This document shows, piece by piece, positions 1 through 20,861 of a stretch of DNA of 64,000 nt. Made by a program: the position numbers and the translations under genes. The stretch is taken from assembly GCF_009914755.1 (NCBI RefSeq), contig NC_060931.1, one strand, 5' to 3'. The stretch's first letter is position 1; each line of letters begins with the position of its first letter. A model generated the notes under the pieces. It was not told where the DNA came from and did not search any database. It saw only the letters and a list, made by a program, of their open reading frames with translations. This stretch comes from the human T2T-CHM13v2.0 reference genome, Homo sapiens.

Positions 1-106
1 TTCACCATGTGGGCCAGGCTTGTCTCAAACTCCTGACCTCAGGAAATCCACCCACCTTAGCCTCCCAAAGTGCTGGGATTATAGGAGTGAGCCACCGTGC
101 CCGGCC
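1..106 (-). mobile_element. Alu (AluS-type) 5' part, cut by window edge
   Basis: Reverse-complement Alu left arm ending ...gtgagccaccgtgcccggcc. Confidence 0.95.
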
Positions 107-299
107 GAGAATCAGTCTTAAAAGCTGCATTCACTGAAGCTCTAAGAAGGGTGTTTGACCCAGTACGTAAGTTAACACCATAGGCAATGCACATATTCAA
201 CCATTAGTACGTACCATGACTAAACATATCTCCCTCCTGTCAAGGACAAGGAAAGAGACCCCCCGCAGTGACCACCACGTGCAAAATGCGTAAATAACA

Positions 300-593
<294 letters not shown>

Positions 594-693
594 TTGTAAA
601 ATCATAATAGAAGACCTGATGAAACAAAAACGCATAATAAGTGGGAAAGGATTTCACTACCTAGACTAAAAGGAGGAGCAATAAAAGAGGAAA

Positions 694-1044
<351 letters not shown>

Positions 1045-1650
1045 TGATCCGGGAATGCAAAGCCAAAAGAGAAAAGGCTGAGATGGAAACACAACAAAAT
1101 AAGAAGGAAACTAAGCAAGATAAGAAAAATGTACTGAGAGATTTAAAACATTATTGGGCAAAGAGAGTGAACATTTTGTTAACTATTATATTGCCAAGGC
1201 CTAACACATCAGATCTATAGGGTACTAATCTGTATTCCAAAAATTGCCTAGGCAAAGCACAGAAAGGTCATTACTTCATATCCTAAATACTAGAATATGC
1301 TGGGCTCTGTGTAAAAATAGTCCTCTATTAGTAGGTTAATATATCTTGATTTTTCTGATAATCTGATCATCTAATCACAAGCTATTGGATTATGATTCAC
1401 CTCATTAATAACGAACAATTCACATTGCTGATACATTGGATGTAGTTGGGTAAAATAGGAACAGCTACAAAACAGAATCAAGTTCATTAGATCAGGAGTC
1501 CCCAAATCCTGGGCTGAGGACTGGTACCAGTCTGTGGCCTGTTAGGAACTAGGCTGCAGAACAGGAGATGAGCAGGAGGCCAGCGGCGAGCTTGACCGCC
1601 TGAGCTCCACCTCCTGAGCTCTACCTCCTGTCAGATTAACAATAGCATTG

Positions 1651-3012
<1,362 letters not shown>

Positions 3013-3799
3013 AGCGTGAACCCTATTGTAAACTGCACATGTGAGGGATCTAGGTTGTGCGCTCCTTATGAGAATCTAATAATGCCTGATGATCTGAGGT
3101 GGAACAGTTTCATGCCACTACATCCCCACCCCCACCCCCACCCCTTATCTGTGGAAAAATTGCCTTCCATGAAGCCAGCCACTGGTGCCAAAAAGGTTGG
3201 GGACCGCTGCATGAGATCCTATGGAGATAACTCTGTGACTCTGGCCTTATTAGGGTTATGCCCTGAAGAGCTAATAAGTGAATGGCATTTCTCCAAAATC
3301 AGAGAATCATTGAAAGCCATTTAAAACCATTAGGATCAGTACCTCTTTTGGTTTGGACATATACTTACACGCTTTCCTCTTGTTCAAGATAACTCCCTGC
3401 ACTAGCAATACCTCCCCATCACATTGGTTAAAGGATATAATAATTGAGCAATACTTCATCCTGTTCAAAGACATCCATCATGTCATCAGAGCCTTACAGC
3501 AACCCTGAAAGGAAATAGAACAGGTGTCTGCCTGTGTCCACGCTGGAGAAGTCAGTGCAGAAAGAAAGAGATGACTGTGGCTTCCCAAGACCGGCAGGGG
3601 AAAGGATGGTAGATTCGTGTCTCTCATCATAAACCTTTGCTCCCTTTCCAGCCACTGTGAAACTTCAGGACACAGTGCCCAAATCTAACACCTGAGTCAC
3701 GGAAACCTTAGTCTACAAACACACCCAGGACTTCCTCACAAGGGACTGGCTGAGAAACTGCTCGAATGACAGTTTGCAAAGAACCTTAAAAACAAATCA

Positions 3800-4108
<309 letters not shown>

Positions 4109-4134
4109 CAATCAACAAAAACACGGTCGATCTC

Positions 4135-4316
4135 AGGTACTTTGGGGAAGGGAGGTATAGGAGGGGTATATATAGAAGGGTGGTTCTAGATTGCTGATGT
4201 GTTGCATTCTTGAGCTGAATGTTGGCACATGGATGTGCTCAAATTGTGACAGTTCATTGAGCTGTGTCCTTATAATTTATGCACATTTCTGTGTCAAGTT
4301 TATGCTTCCATAAAAG
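4135..4316 (+). mobile_element. Old L1 (L1ME/L1MC-type) 3' end
   Basis: ...ttcattgagctgtgtccttataatttatgcacatttctgtg...cttccataaaa resembles old L1 3' termini. Confidence 0.65.
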
Positions 4317-4322
4317 TAGAGA

Positions 4323-4621
4323 TTTTCTTTTTTTTTTTTTTTGAGACAGAGTCTCGCACTGTTGCCCGGGCTGGAGTGCAGTGGCACAATGTCGGCTCAC
4401 CACAACCTCCGCTTCCTGGGTTCAAGCGATTCTCCTGCCTCAGCCTCCTGAATAGCTGGGATTACAGGCATGCACCATCACGCTCAGGTACTTTTTGTAT
4501 TTTTAGTAGAGATGGGTTTTGCCATGTTGCTCAGGCTGGTCTCGAACTCCTGACCTTGTGATACACCCTCCTCAGCCTCCCAAAGTGCTGGGATTATAGG
4601 CGTGAGCCACCGCACCCGGCC
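4323..4621 (-). mobile_element. AluS (Sc-like)
   Basis: Full dimer, TSD gtagagatt. Confidence 0.95.
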
Positions 4622-5125
4622 AATGTAGAGATTGTTTAAAGGCACAGATATCTTGCTAATTCCATGCTCGCCTTTGCCTCTTTGTCTCTCGGTTTTTGCA
4701 TTCTTCTTCTCTCCCCTCCCAGGGTGAATCACCCTACTTGTTAAAATTGTACTACAGCAAATGTTAGTAAATTATGTGCCTTGTGGTGGTGATTAAGTCA
4801 AATCAAACACATTTGTCACTGAAGAGATGGCCTCCAGCTGTTTATCTGGGAAATATAATTGAATACTAATGGAATAAACACTGGAAGTCGCCAGTTTTAT
4901 TTTTACTATAGGTGCGGGCTAAAATATGAGAGAGTGAATTTCACTGAGTTTAAAATACAAACAGAATTTTTAAAATACACCATAGTTTTTCCAAAGAATT
5001 TAACACAGGTGATTTCAAAATCAATTCCTCTCACTCCATCCATAAAGAAACACAGAGGATGCCCTTATTTGCATAGTACAACTGGGACTTTATTTTAAGC
5101 CCAAACTTACTATGTTCACTTCTTA

Positions 5126-5549
<424 letters not shown>

Positions 5550-5697
5550 TACACCTATATTTGACAAAAGTGATAATGAACTTCGAACATATTTAAGCAA
5601 CTCAAAAAGTAGATTTATGCTTTAGAAGACAATGATATTGCAAATAGAAGTAAAATGTTTGCATAAAATTTAACAAATTTAAAAAACGTCCAATGAT

Positions 5698-6016
<319 letters not shown>

Positions 6017-6348
6017 CTATAATACTTCTGAAACATCCTGCATGCTCTCCAAATTGAACTACAAACTTGGATGCAGTTCACTCTGAGGATGCCTGCCATC
6101 CTAGAGAGGTGAAATACAGCAGACACAGACCCAATACACACACCAAGACATTAGCACAGTTTGTTGTTATCAAGCATCTTTTGACTTTTGGTTTACCTAG
6201 TTGCAAAGGTGCGAGGTCCACCTTCCACGATCCCCTCTTTGGACAAAGCCACTAACACAGGGAGCAGTTAAGCAACACATCCAAGCTCCCAAGACTGAAA
6301 CCCAGTACTATTTTGTGACTGTACATGAAGATAGAAATCACACAGTTC

Positions 6349-6875
<527 letters not shown>

Positions 6876-6974
6876 TCAGTATTTGCAAAGCATGACACTA
6901 GGCTATTATTATCAGAGGTCTTGCAGAAAGGCAGAGCCCTGGATCAGAAAAGTCCATCATGATGCAGGCAATAG

Positions 6975-7893
<919 letters not shown>

Positions 7894-9509
7894 TGCTCTC
7901 TCCCATATAGTTTTGCATTTAGCCCATCACCTCCCACTTCTGAGAAAGGCTTGTCCAAACCAGTCAACCCCAGGAAGGGAGAGAGAGAGGAGACAAGTCA
8001 TCAGTTCTTTACCCCGCCACCTCTTCCAGATGACTGCTTGCCTCTCTCTCTGGTTAACACGAGCCTGTTCACTGAGCCACAATTTTCAGAAAAATTCAAT
8101 CTCCTTGAGTTAGAACCAGAGAAACACATTGTTCATCAATATTTTTTGCTCCATCAAATCAGCCTTACCTCTCCCCTTCAACCATCTTTCCATTCAAAAT
8201 TCTTTAAAAATACACACAAAGGGGAACAGGCAGGCCAGCATGCATGCTAATTACATTGTGTTCATTTCTCCTCAAGCACAGCCTGCTAACAGAATCATGT
8301 TACGCATTTGTTTCACTCTCTGTTCTATTCTATAATGCACAGTTGTTAGACTCTCGCTTGGCAGACACAGTAGAACCAAAGGGATTATACACTTCGCATC
8401 TGGAAATATTCCACAATCATTATAGACCAAAATCTGTGCTGGGTTTCTTCCCTCCTATGCCAACCAGGTAAAACAAGAAAGAGAGAAGGATACATTTGCT
8501 CACCCAGAGAAGCCCCATCAGAGAAACCGCCAGGATAATGGGAATCACATGTTCTCAGAGCCGGTTCTGGACGTGAAACCTACATGTAGCAAGTAAGCAA
8601 AGAGAGGACTTGGAAAGGCTTAGGTGATAGGCTTTTAACGCTGTCAAGGGCAACATTCAAATCCTTCAAATCGTGAATACTATGCCAGCACATTTTTTCT
8701 CCAAAAACTGGAGCACAACTCCAGACCTTTAACGAGGCAGAGTCATAGAGCGACTAACCAACCAATACTCAAATCTGGGGAAGTTGGGTGGGCTTACTGA
8801 TGTCGTCGCTCTCACCGCAGGTCTCACATAGGGCAGGTTTCTGATTCCTGCCTCTGCACAGATTTCTGCAATGCACGGAGTTATGGGGCCACTCTAGGAT
8901 AATGAAATCCACAAAAGTGAAATCGTCACAAGGAAAAACTTAGCATCGTGGTGCTCAACCTTTGACGTGCATCAGAACAGCTCTCCGAATGTCTGGGTGC
9001 AAACCTACCTAGTCAGAATCGCTGAGGATGGGATCCAGGTGTGCCTAATTGTAAATGACGGCAGGCACGAGTTGGCTGTGCCCCCCTCCCCTGTTCAGAA
9101 CAATGGTTTCTCGAAAAATACTGATATGCAGTTTCATTTATTTTTACATCTCACTCTACCATCTGTGATAATGAGTGATTTCTTCTTTGGAGAAGATTTC
9201 ATCACAGAAATATTCCATGGGAGGACACCTCACTGTAAATTAAAACTGAGTGAAAAATGCGAGGGTCAGATCTCCATGCCGAATCCATTAGCTCTTATTC
9301 CCAGCCCTTTCTCACCTCATCTCAACTCCAGCTGACTCACAGCCAATATAGAAAAGGCAATAGCTTTACCAAATTGAGTGTCCACTTCTCAGGTATTCAA
9401 ACACACAGAATTTTCCCTACCAAAAAGGAGCCAAGATTTTACAATCCCTATAAAATATGTGCACGTGGACCCAAGCCAGACGCAAATCATGACCTGGCCC
9501 TGTTTGGAG

Positions 9510-9660
9510 AGCTGGCTGTGGTGCAGGGAAAATAGCCCAAGCCAGGAGTTGAGAGACCCAAAGCCATTTCTGTTTTCACCACTTAATAGCTTTGGGGCTC
9601 TGGGCAAAGTGACTTCCTCTCAAAGCCTCAGCATCTTCAACTTGAAACAGGGCTGTAATA
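9510..9660 (+). mobile_element. MIR fragment
   Basis: Core ctgggcaaagtgacttcctctcaaagcctcagcatcttc. Confidence 0.65.
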
Positions 9661-10293
9661 CAAGTACATTGCTTTCCATATAAAGACAGGGTCTTGCTAT
9701 GTTGTCCAGGCTGGTCTCAAACTCCTGGCCTTAAGTTAATATTCATGCACTCATCTTCTCTCCCTATCCTCACCTTCTAATCTGCTCCATCCTCAAGCTA
9801 GGAGCCTCACCAGGAACACTGGAAGAACTTGTGGATGAGACAGAGCTTCACCCTTGCTTGGTGCTGCTTTGCTCTTAACTGTTCTTTGACCCAGTTTCAT
9901 GACATTATTTCTGCTCTCTACGGCAAGCCTTGCTGGCTCCAACCACAGCCACCCTCTATTTGATCCCCTTCCTGACAATCCCAGAACTGAACTGTTGCAG
10001 GAAGGAGAACTAACTCCCTCCAGACCTTGCTCTGACATTCAGCCTCAGTTTCCCATCGCCTAGGTGCCTCTGCCCCCACTTCTCAGGAGCATATTCTGAT
10101 ACCAAGACTTGCACCTTGTTCACCCAAACCAGGATCTCCCAAACCTGGGGCCTCACCTTTTCATTTGTTTTCTGTTTTAGTCCAGCTCCAAGTCACCCAT
10201 TTAGCATTCTAATTATCATCTTGGACTGAAGCCCTAAACTTCAATCCCAACCCAGTGAGTGAGTGACTCAGCCTGTTGCCTATGGAGGAGACT

Positions 10294-10300
<7 letters not shown>

Positions 10301-10351
<51 letters not shown>

Positions 10352-10875
10352 GGACAGAGTCCTGCTCTGTCACTCAGGCTAGAGTGTAGTATGGCACTCG
10401 GGCTAGGTATGTACATAGCTCACTGCAGAGTCCACCTCCAGGGCTCAAAGGAGCCTCCCACCTCAGCCTCCTGAATAACTGAGACTACAGTCATGTGCCA
10501 CCATGCCTAAATAATGTTTTTTATTTTTTGCTTTTTATTTTTATTTATTTATTTATTTTCAAGACGGAGTTTCGCTCTTGTTGCCCAGGCTGGAGTGCAG
10601 TGGTGCAATCTCAGCTCACTGCAACCTCCATCTTCAGTTTCAAGTGATTCTCCTGCCTCAGCCTCTCGAGTAGCTGGGGTTAAAGGCACCCGCCACCATA
10701 CCGAGCTAATTTTTATATTTTTAGTAGAGACAGGGTTTCACCATGTTGGCCAGGCTGAAGAGACAGGATCTTGCCATGTTGCCCAGGCTGGTCTCAAATT
10801 CCTGGCCTCAAGTGATCCTCCTGCCTTGGCCTCCCAAAGTGCTGGGATTACAGGTATGAGCCACCATACCCAGCC
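10301..10875 (-). mobile_element. AluJ with a 5'-truncated AluS in its A-rich linker; 49-T tail
   Basis: J right arm ~10350-10510, AluS piece ~10535-10757, J left arm ~10760-10875. Confidence 0.85.
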
Positions 10876-11502
10876 CCAGGGAGGCCTTCTTAATGCCAAG
10901 AGTCTGCAGGACTGTCCAGCTAGATACACCCCACCCCCTTCCCAGGTGCTCCATTTCTGTGCACCGCCCACCCGCCAATCCTGCCCAAGTGGCAACTAGC
11001 AATTGCCTCACTTTTCTTCTATCTGCAGTCCCTGCAGCTAGGCTGATGGCCCCAGGCTCTGGCTCACCCCAGGAGGCGGGCTTGGTACCAAGACCCAATC
11101 CCTTCCAGCCTGGCTCACCCTTCCCGTCCCAGGTCAACGAAGTCCCACCCTTTATTCTGAGCCTTGTCCTCACAACCTGTTGACTCCACCCTACTTTAAA
11201 AAAATGCACACCCGACCTTGACTTAGAGTACCACCCTATCTGCTGCCACCCATATGCCTGGGGCGTTAAACCCTGGAGACCATTCCCTCCTTCTTTGAAC
11301 AGTTTATCATTCCCTTGGCGACTGTATTCCTTTGCTTTTGTTGCTGTAACAAGTTACCACAAACTTAGTGGTTTAAAGGATACAATTGTATTATCTTCAT
11401 TTATAAAGAAAGGGTGGTAATGTGAGCCATGGGGATGGCTATAAATACAGATGAAGCTTTGCTTGCTCGCTGGCCCAGTTCCTAACAGGCTGCAGACTGA
11501 AC

Positions 11503-11620
11503 CTTCCTTCCTTCCTTCCATCCTTCCTTCTATCCATCCTTCCTTCCTTCCTTCCTTCCTTCCTTCCTTCCTTTCATTCATCCTTCATTCCTTCCATCAT
11601 TCTCTCCTTCCTTCTTTCCT
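11503..11620. repeat. (TTCC)n-rich simple repeat
   Basis: Seen directly. Confidence 0.95.
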
Positions 11621-11903
11621 TAGGTGAGGCAACATTTTTCCCATGCATTATTTTCTTTAACTTGCATAACAAATAGCTGCTATTCCTAGCTGTATATATC
11701 CAAAGGTATTCCTCCAGATCCAATAGCTGAAAAAGCAAGGTTTAACTATAGTATGAATTTATCCTTGAATACAAGAATTGGTCAAGGACTTCCTGCATGG
11801 TAGCAAGTAAAAGATGAGAAGAGTGCTGTAGATGAGAATAAATGACATCATGTTGACCTGTTCATGGCTCTCTTAGGTGATAACATAAATAGACAAGTAT
11901 TTC
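11621..11903 (+). repeat. Dispersed direct duplication, copy A (partner 19421-19703)
   Basis: Ungapped 283-bp match at offset 7800; ~39 mismatches by hand count (~86%). Confidence 0.95.
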
Positions 11904-11983
11904 CTCCTGCTGTGTGGCCAGTTCCTAACAGTCCAAGGACTGGTACCAGCACCGTCTGTGGCCCAGGGGTTGGGGACCCCTGA

Positions 11984-12806
<823 letters not shown>

Positions 12807-12959
12807 TAATTTTTTACTAGTCTTCCTTTTTTGATATGTAAATAGCCCCATTTTCCCACATCTTGCTTTCCTAGTACCTTCTCCATGAAAGAAAAAGAAT
12901 TACTTAAACATAATACAAAGAAGAAAATTACAGAGGATAAGAATGTAAATGGCTATCCC

Positions 12960-13165
12960 TTACTGAGAACTTATCAGGAATTTTGTAAAGCACAGTAAGT
13001 GAAATACTTTATCCCATTTAATCCCCACGAACAGCCAGTGAAGTAAAGTATTTTTTAAATCAAATGAAGAAAGTGTGGCCTTGGAGGTTAAGTAATTCAC
13101 CATGTTCATACCACTGTAAAAGAAGCTGAGCCCAGACTTGAACCAAGGTCTGCCTGACAATGATG
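12960..13165 (-). mobile_element. MIR
   Basis: gaggttaagtaattcacc...cccagacttgaaccaaggtctgcctgac. Confidence 0.65.
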
Positions 13166-13282
13166 GCCACGCATCTTGAGATAAGACGGAAGGCAGATGT
13201 TCAATGAAGAGCATGTAAAAGCAAAAGGTAATAGCTTCTCTTCTTCCATTAGGCAACACTCATACTTTCTGGTGTCTTTTAA

Positions 13283-13759
<477 letters not shown>

Positions 13760-13938
13760 ATTTTTTAATGTACAGTAAGTTATTGTGGACTGCAGTCGCC
13801 TTGTTGTGCTCTCAAATACTAGATCTTATTCGTTCTATCTAACTATATTTTTATACCCATTAACCATCCCCACATCCCCTCTACTGCCCTTCCCTTCCCA
13901 GCTTCTGATAACTATCCTTCTACTCTCTATCTCCATGA

Positions 13939-14247
<309 letters not shown>

Positions 14248-14389
14248 AATTGTTCTAATGTTTAGCTCCCACAAACGAATGAGAACATACCAAGTTTGAC
14301 TTTCTCTGCCTGGTTTATTTTACTTAAGATAATGACCTCCAGTTTCTTTCATGCCATTGCAAATAACAGGATCTCATTCTTTTTTATAG

Positions 14390-14736
<347 letters not shown>

Positions 14737-15619
14737 CCATTTTCTTTATCCATTCATCTGTTGATGGACACTTAGGCTGCTTCCAAATCTTGGCCATTGT
14801 GAACAGTGTTGTGATAAACATGGAGTGCAGATATCTCTTCCACATACTGCTTTCCTTTCATTTCAGGTACATACCCAGCAGTAGGATTGCTGGGTCTGAT
14901 GGTAGCTCTATTTTAAGTTTTTGAGCAATCTCCATATCATTCTCCATAGTGTCTGTACCAGTTTCCATTTGCTCTCGTTTCTTTTCCACAGTCACTCCGG
15001 GACTCTGCAGCCTAGAGAGAAGAATCTCTGGCTCCCTGTTCACTCACATACTTGCCACCATTCCCCTGGCTCTGGAGTCAGATTACCCAGCCTGCCAGCC
15101 CCCAAGAGGGCTCCAGTAATGAAAGCGTCTGGAGGACAGATTGCCTGGGAACTGCCAGCCAGTCACCACTGGCCCCACCATGCCCCTGGATAATTTCCTC
15201 CAGTTAGTGGAAATTGTTGCTGGCTATTGATTTTAGAAGATGCCAAGGCAAAAGGAACAAATACAGCCCAGTACTCACGCAAGAAGGGAGACGCACCGCA
15301 GCTCCCTAACTCCTCCATGGTCAACAGGTGGTCTATGGAGACACGCTGCTCTTCCCGGGTCTGCTCCAGGATCCCAAGGGCATGGTCATCACCTAGGGGC
15401 CCAGGGTTCCTCCTCACTTAGGTGCTTATCCTAGAGGATGCAGTCTGGGCTTTGCACAACAGTGGACAATGATAGCACCCAGACAGAGCCCTGCAAAGTG
15501 CAATGAAGGGAGGTAGTTCCATCCATAATCCTCCAACAGGGAACAGATGAGCACGTTCCAACCTCCCCTCACCCACCTCCCTCCACCCTTCCCCTCCCTT
15601 TCTTCATGCCCATTACTTT

Positions 15620-17183
<1,564 letters not shown>

Positions 17184-17187
17184 TAGA

Positions 17188-17557
17188 TGTTTCACTCCTA
17201 TTTGGGGTGCTATAACAAAATGCCATAAACTGGGTGGCTTATAAACAACAGAAATTTGTTTCATACAGTTCTAGTTCTGGAGGCCGGAAGTCCAAGTTCA
17301 AGGTGCTGTCAGATTCAGTGTCTGGCGAGGGCTGATTCATCACAGACAGCTGTCTTTTCACCCTAACTTCATATGGCAGAAGCAATGAGGGATCTCTTTG
17401 GGGCCTATTTCTAATGAGGGCACTAACTTCATTCCTGAGGGCTCTACCCTCATGACCTAATCACCTCCCAAAGGCCTCACTTCTAATACCATCACCTTGG
17501 GTGTTAATATTTCAGCATATGAGTTTTGGGGAGACATAAATATTCAGTCCATTGCCA
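17188..17557 (-). mobile_element. MLT1A-like MaLR LTR
   Basis: gctataacaaaatgccataaactgggtggcttataaacaacagaaattt ... catgacctaatcacctcccaaagg. Confidence 0.85.
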
Positions 17558-17715
17558 TTTGACTCCAAAAGTCATTTCTAGGAAAAGAATGAAAAACAGA
17601 GACAGAGGAAAAAAAGGAAGGAAAGAAAGGAAGGAAAAAGAAAAGAAAACCCCCACCCTCTGCTTTGGAATAACATTTTGTTCATTTGCAACTTTATTAC
17701 TTTAAAATTAATTTA

Positions 17716-18048
<333 letters not shown>

Positions 18049-18367
18049 TTAATTTAGCATATGTATTCATTAAGCATACATTCATTCGTAGAGTTTTCAG
18101 ATTAAATTTCCATATGATTAACTCTGCTCACAAATTTAAATTCCCTCATATATTGTATACTACGTCTACAAATATTTCCTTTCAAACTTCAAGTACCTAG
18201 AGGAAGATTTACAAATCTAACAGGAAATGTCACTAGGCCCTTCAACAGTTCATAAATCCAATCACTCAAAGCTTTAAATATAATCATTCAGAATCTTACA
18301 TTCGATATAGTTTATAAACAGCCTTCTACTCTTAAATTGTTTATATTAAAATCACAAGTATAATCGC

Positions 18368-18602
18368 TTTTGTAAATTGACAAATAATAACTGTATATAT
18401 TTATGGGGTACAATGTTTTGATGTCTTCATAGATGTGTACATTCTGAAATGATTAGATCAAGCCAATTAACATATCTATCACCTTACATACTTAACACTT
18501 TTGTGGTGACAACACTTAAAACCTACTCTTTCCGCTGTTTTGAAATATACAATACGTTATTATTAACTATAGTCCCCATATTGTGCAGCAGATCTCTAAA
18601 AC
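18368..18602 (-). mobile_element. L1MA (L1MA8/9-like) 3' end
   Basis: ttttgaaatatacaatacgttattattaactatagtc motif. Confidence 0.8.
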
Positions 18603-18679
18603 GTATAGCATAACATTTAAAAAATATTCCAACACCTGCTGAAGTCTCTGAGTGCCTTGTAACCTGCAATGCGTTATCA

Positions 18680-19166
18680 CAGCGGTCCTCAAGCTTTTTG
18701 GCACGAGGGACTGGTTTCCTGGAAGACAATTTTTCCATGGACTGAGGGGAGGGTAGATGGTTTAAGAGCATTATATTTATTGTGCACTTTATTTCTATTA
18801 TTATGACATTGTAATATATAATAAAATAATTATACAACTCACCATCATGTAGAATCAGTGGGAACCCTGAGCTTTTTTCCAGCAACTAGATGGTCCCATC
18901 TGGGGGTGATGGGAGACAGTGACAGATCATAAGGCATCAGATTCTCATAAGGAGTGTGCAACCTAGATCCCTCACATGCACAGTTCACAATAGGGTTCAT
19001 GTTCCTATGAGAATCTAACGCTACTGCTGACCTGTCAGGAGGTGGAGCTCAGGCGGAAATGCGAGCGATGGGGAGTGGCTGCAAATACAGATGAAGCTTG
19101 GCTTACTCACCTGCCGCTCACCTTCTGCTGTGCAGCCTGGTTCCTAACAGGTCACAGACTGGTACC
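18680..19166 (-). mobile_element. MER1A lacking one terminus
   Basis: Starts cagcggtcctcaagctttttggcac, follows the MER1A body, and stops at ggtacc before (TTCC)n. Confidence 0.88.
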
Positions 19167-19420
19167 TTCCTTCTTTCCTTCCTTCCTTTCTTTTTCTTCC
19201 TTCCTTCCTTCCTTCCTCCCTCCCTTCCTTCTTTCCTTCTTTCCATTCTTCCTTCCTTCCATTTTTCCTTTCATCCATCCTTCCTTCCTTTCATCCATTC
19301 TTCCTTCCTTTCATTCATCCTTCCTTTCTCCATCCTTCCTTCCTTTCATCCATTCTTCCTTCCTTTCATCCATTCTTCCTTCCTTTCTTTCTTCTGTCCT
19401 TCCATCCTTCCTTCTTTCCT
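19166..19420. repeat. (TTCC)n/CT-rich simple repeat
   Basis: Seen directly. Confidence 0.95.
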
Positions 19421-19703
19421 TAGATGAGGCAACATTTTTCCCATGCATGATTTTCTTTAACTTGCAAAACAAATAATTGCTATTCCTGGCTGTATATATC
19501 CAAAAGTATTCCTCCAGATCCAATAGCTGAAAAAGCAATATTTAACCATACTGCAAATTTATCAATGAATGCAAGAATTGGTCAAGCACCACCTGTAGGC
19601 TGGTGAGTAAAAGATGAAATCGGTGCTCTAGATAAGAATGAATGTCACCATGTTGACCTGTTCATGGCCTTCATAGGTGATAACATAAATAGACAAGAAT
19701 TTC
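19421..19703 (+). repeat. Dispersed direct duplication, copy B (partner 11621-11903)
   Basis: Ungapped 283-bp match. Confidence 0.95.
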
Positions 19704-19880
19704 TGCTTCATGTCAGGTCTGTGGCCCTTCTAGGCCCATGTTTCAGCTCTGAAAATGGCACCAAAGAACATTTGAGGAAGAATATGGGAGTAATCACAAA
19801 CACTACCTTTAAGTACTACCTTCCTAAGTAACCTGGTGCCACCAGGCAGTTGCACCTGGCACACAGTAGGTGCTCACTAA

Positions 19881-20237
<357 letters not shown>

Positions 20238-20861
20238 ACAAGTTGATTCTTGGTTACCTGCACACCACTTGGAAAACAAAACTAAGTGTTAGTGAACAAC
20301 GATCCTGTGCCAGGCATTGTGAGATATGCTTTACAAACAGATATACTTTACAAAATAACCCATGAGATGGGTTATTTTATGAATGAGTGGGCACAGCAGT
20401 TGAAGGGACTCACTGTGATCTCTGATGCTCTCCTGCTCCCAGAGCTTCCACTAGACTTTAGAGAAAGCCAGGGCCTACTGGAGAATCACGCAGCCAAGTC
20501 CTAAGAGAGAGACAAGCACCCAGGTGGCACCTATGTCTGCTCTTGGGAAATCCTTGAGTGTACGTCAATGATGAGAATTCAGGAGTGATTTCTAATCCAA
20601 AACCAATGGCAATCAGATTTACTTTGCCCCAAAACTCTATCCAGCTGGGGCCCAAAGGATTCCTGAAATTCCTTCAACAGCCAGTTGAGGTCAGTTAATT
20701 GTCATTGTCCTGACCTAGCCTCTTTGGTAGATACAGAGAATCTACTTCCTACCCAAGAGAACACAATTCTTGAGGGACTGTTACAGCACCAAAGGCCTCC
20801 ATTTTTTGTTTGTTTGTTTGTTTGTTTGTTTTAGTACAGTTATGCATTTATCTTTTTCCCT

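Larger units (their letters stand above)
11413..11982 (-). mobile_element. MER1A remnant interrupted by a duplicated (TTCC)n plus unique block
   Basis: MER1A sequence at 11413-11504 and 11903-11982, ending ggggttggggacccctg (TIR). Confidence 0.8.

Noticed and set aside
8790-8830. Plus-strand branch point/acceptor-like tactgat...ctctcaccgcag
   Set aside because: No convincing partner donor or reading frame; such motifs are common by chance.
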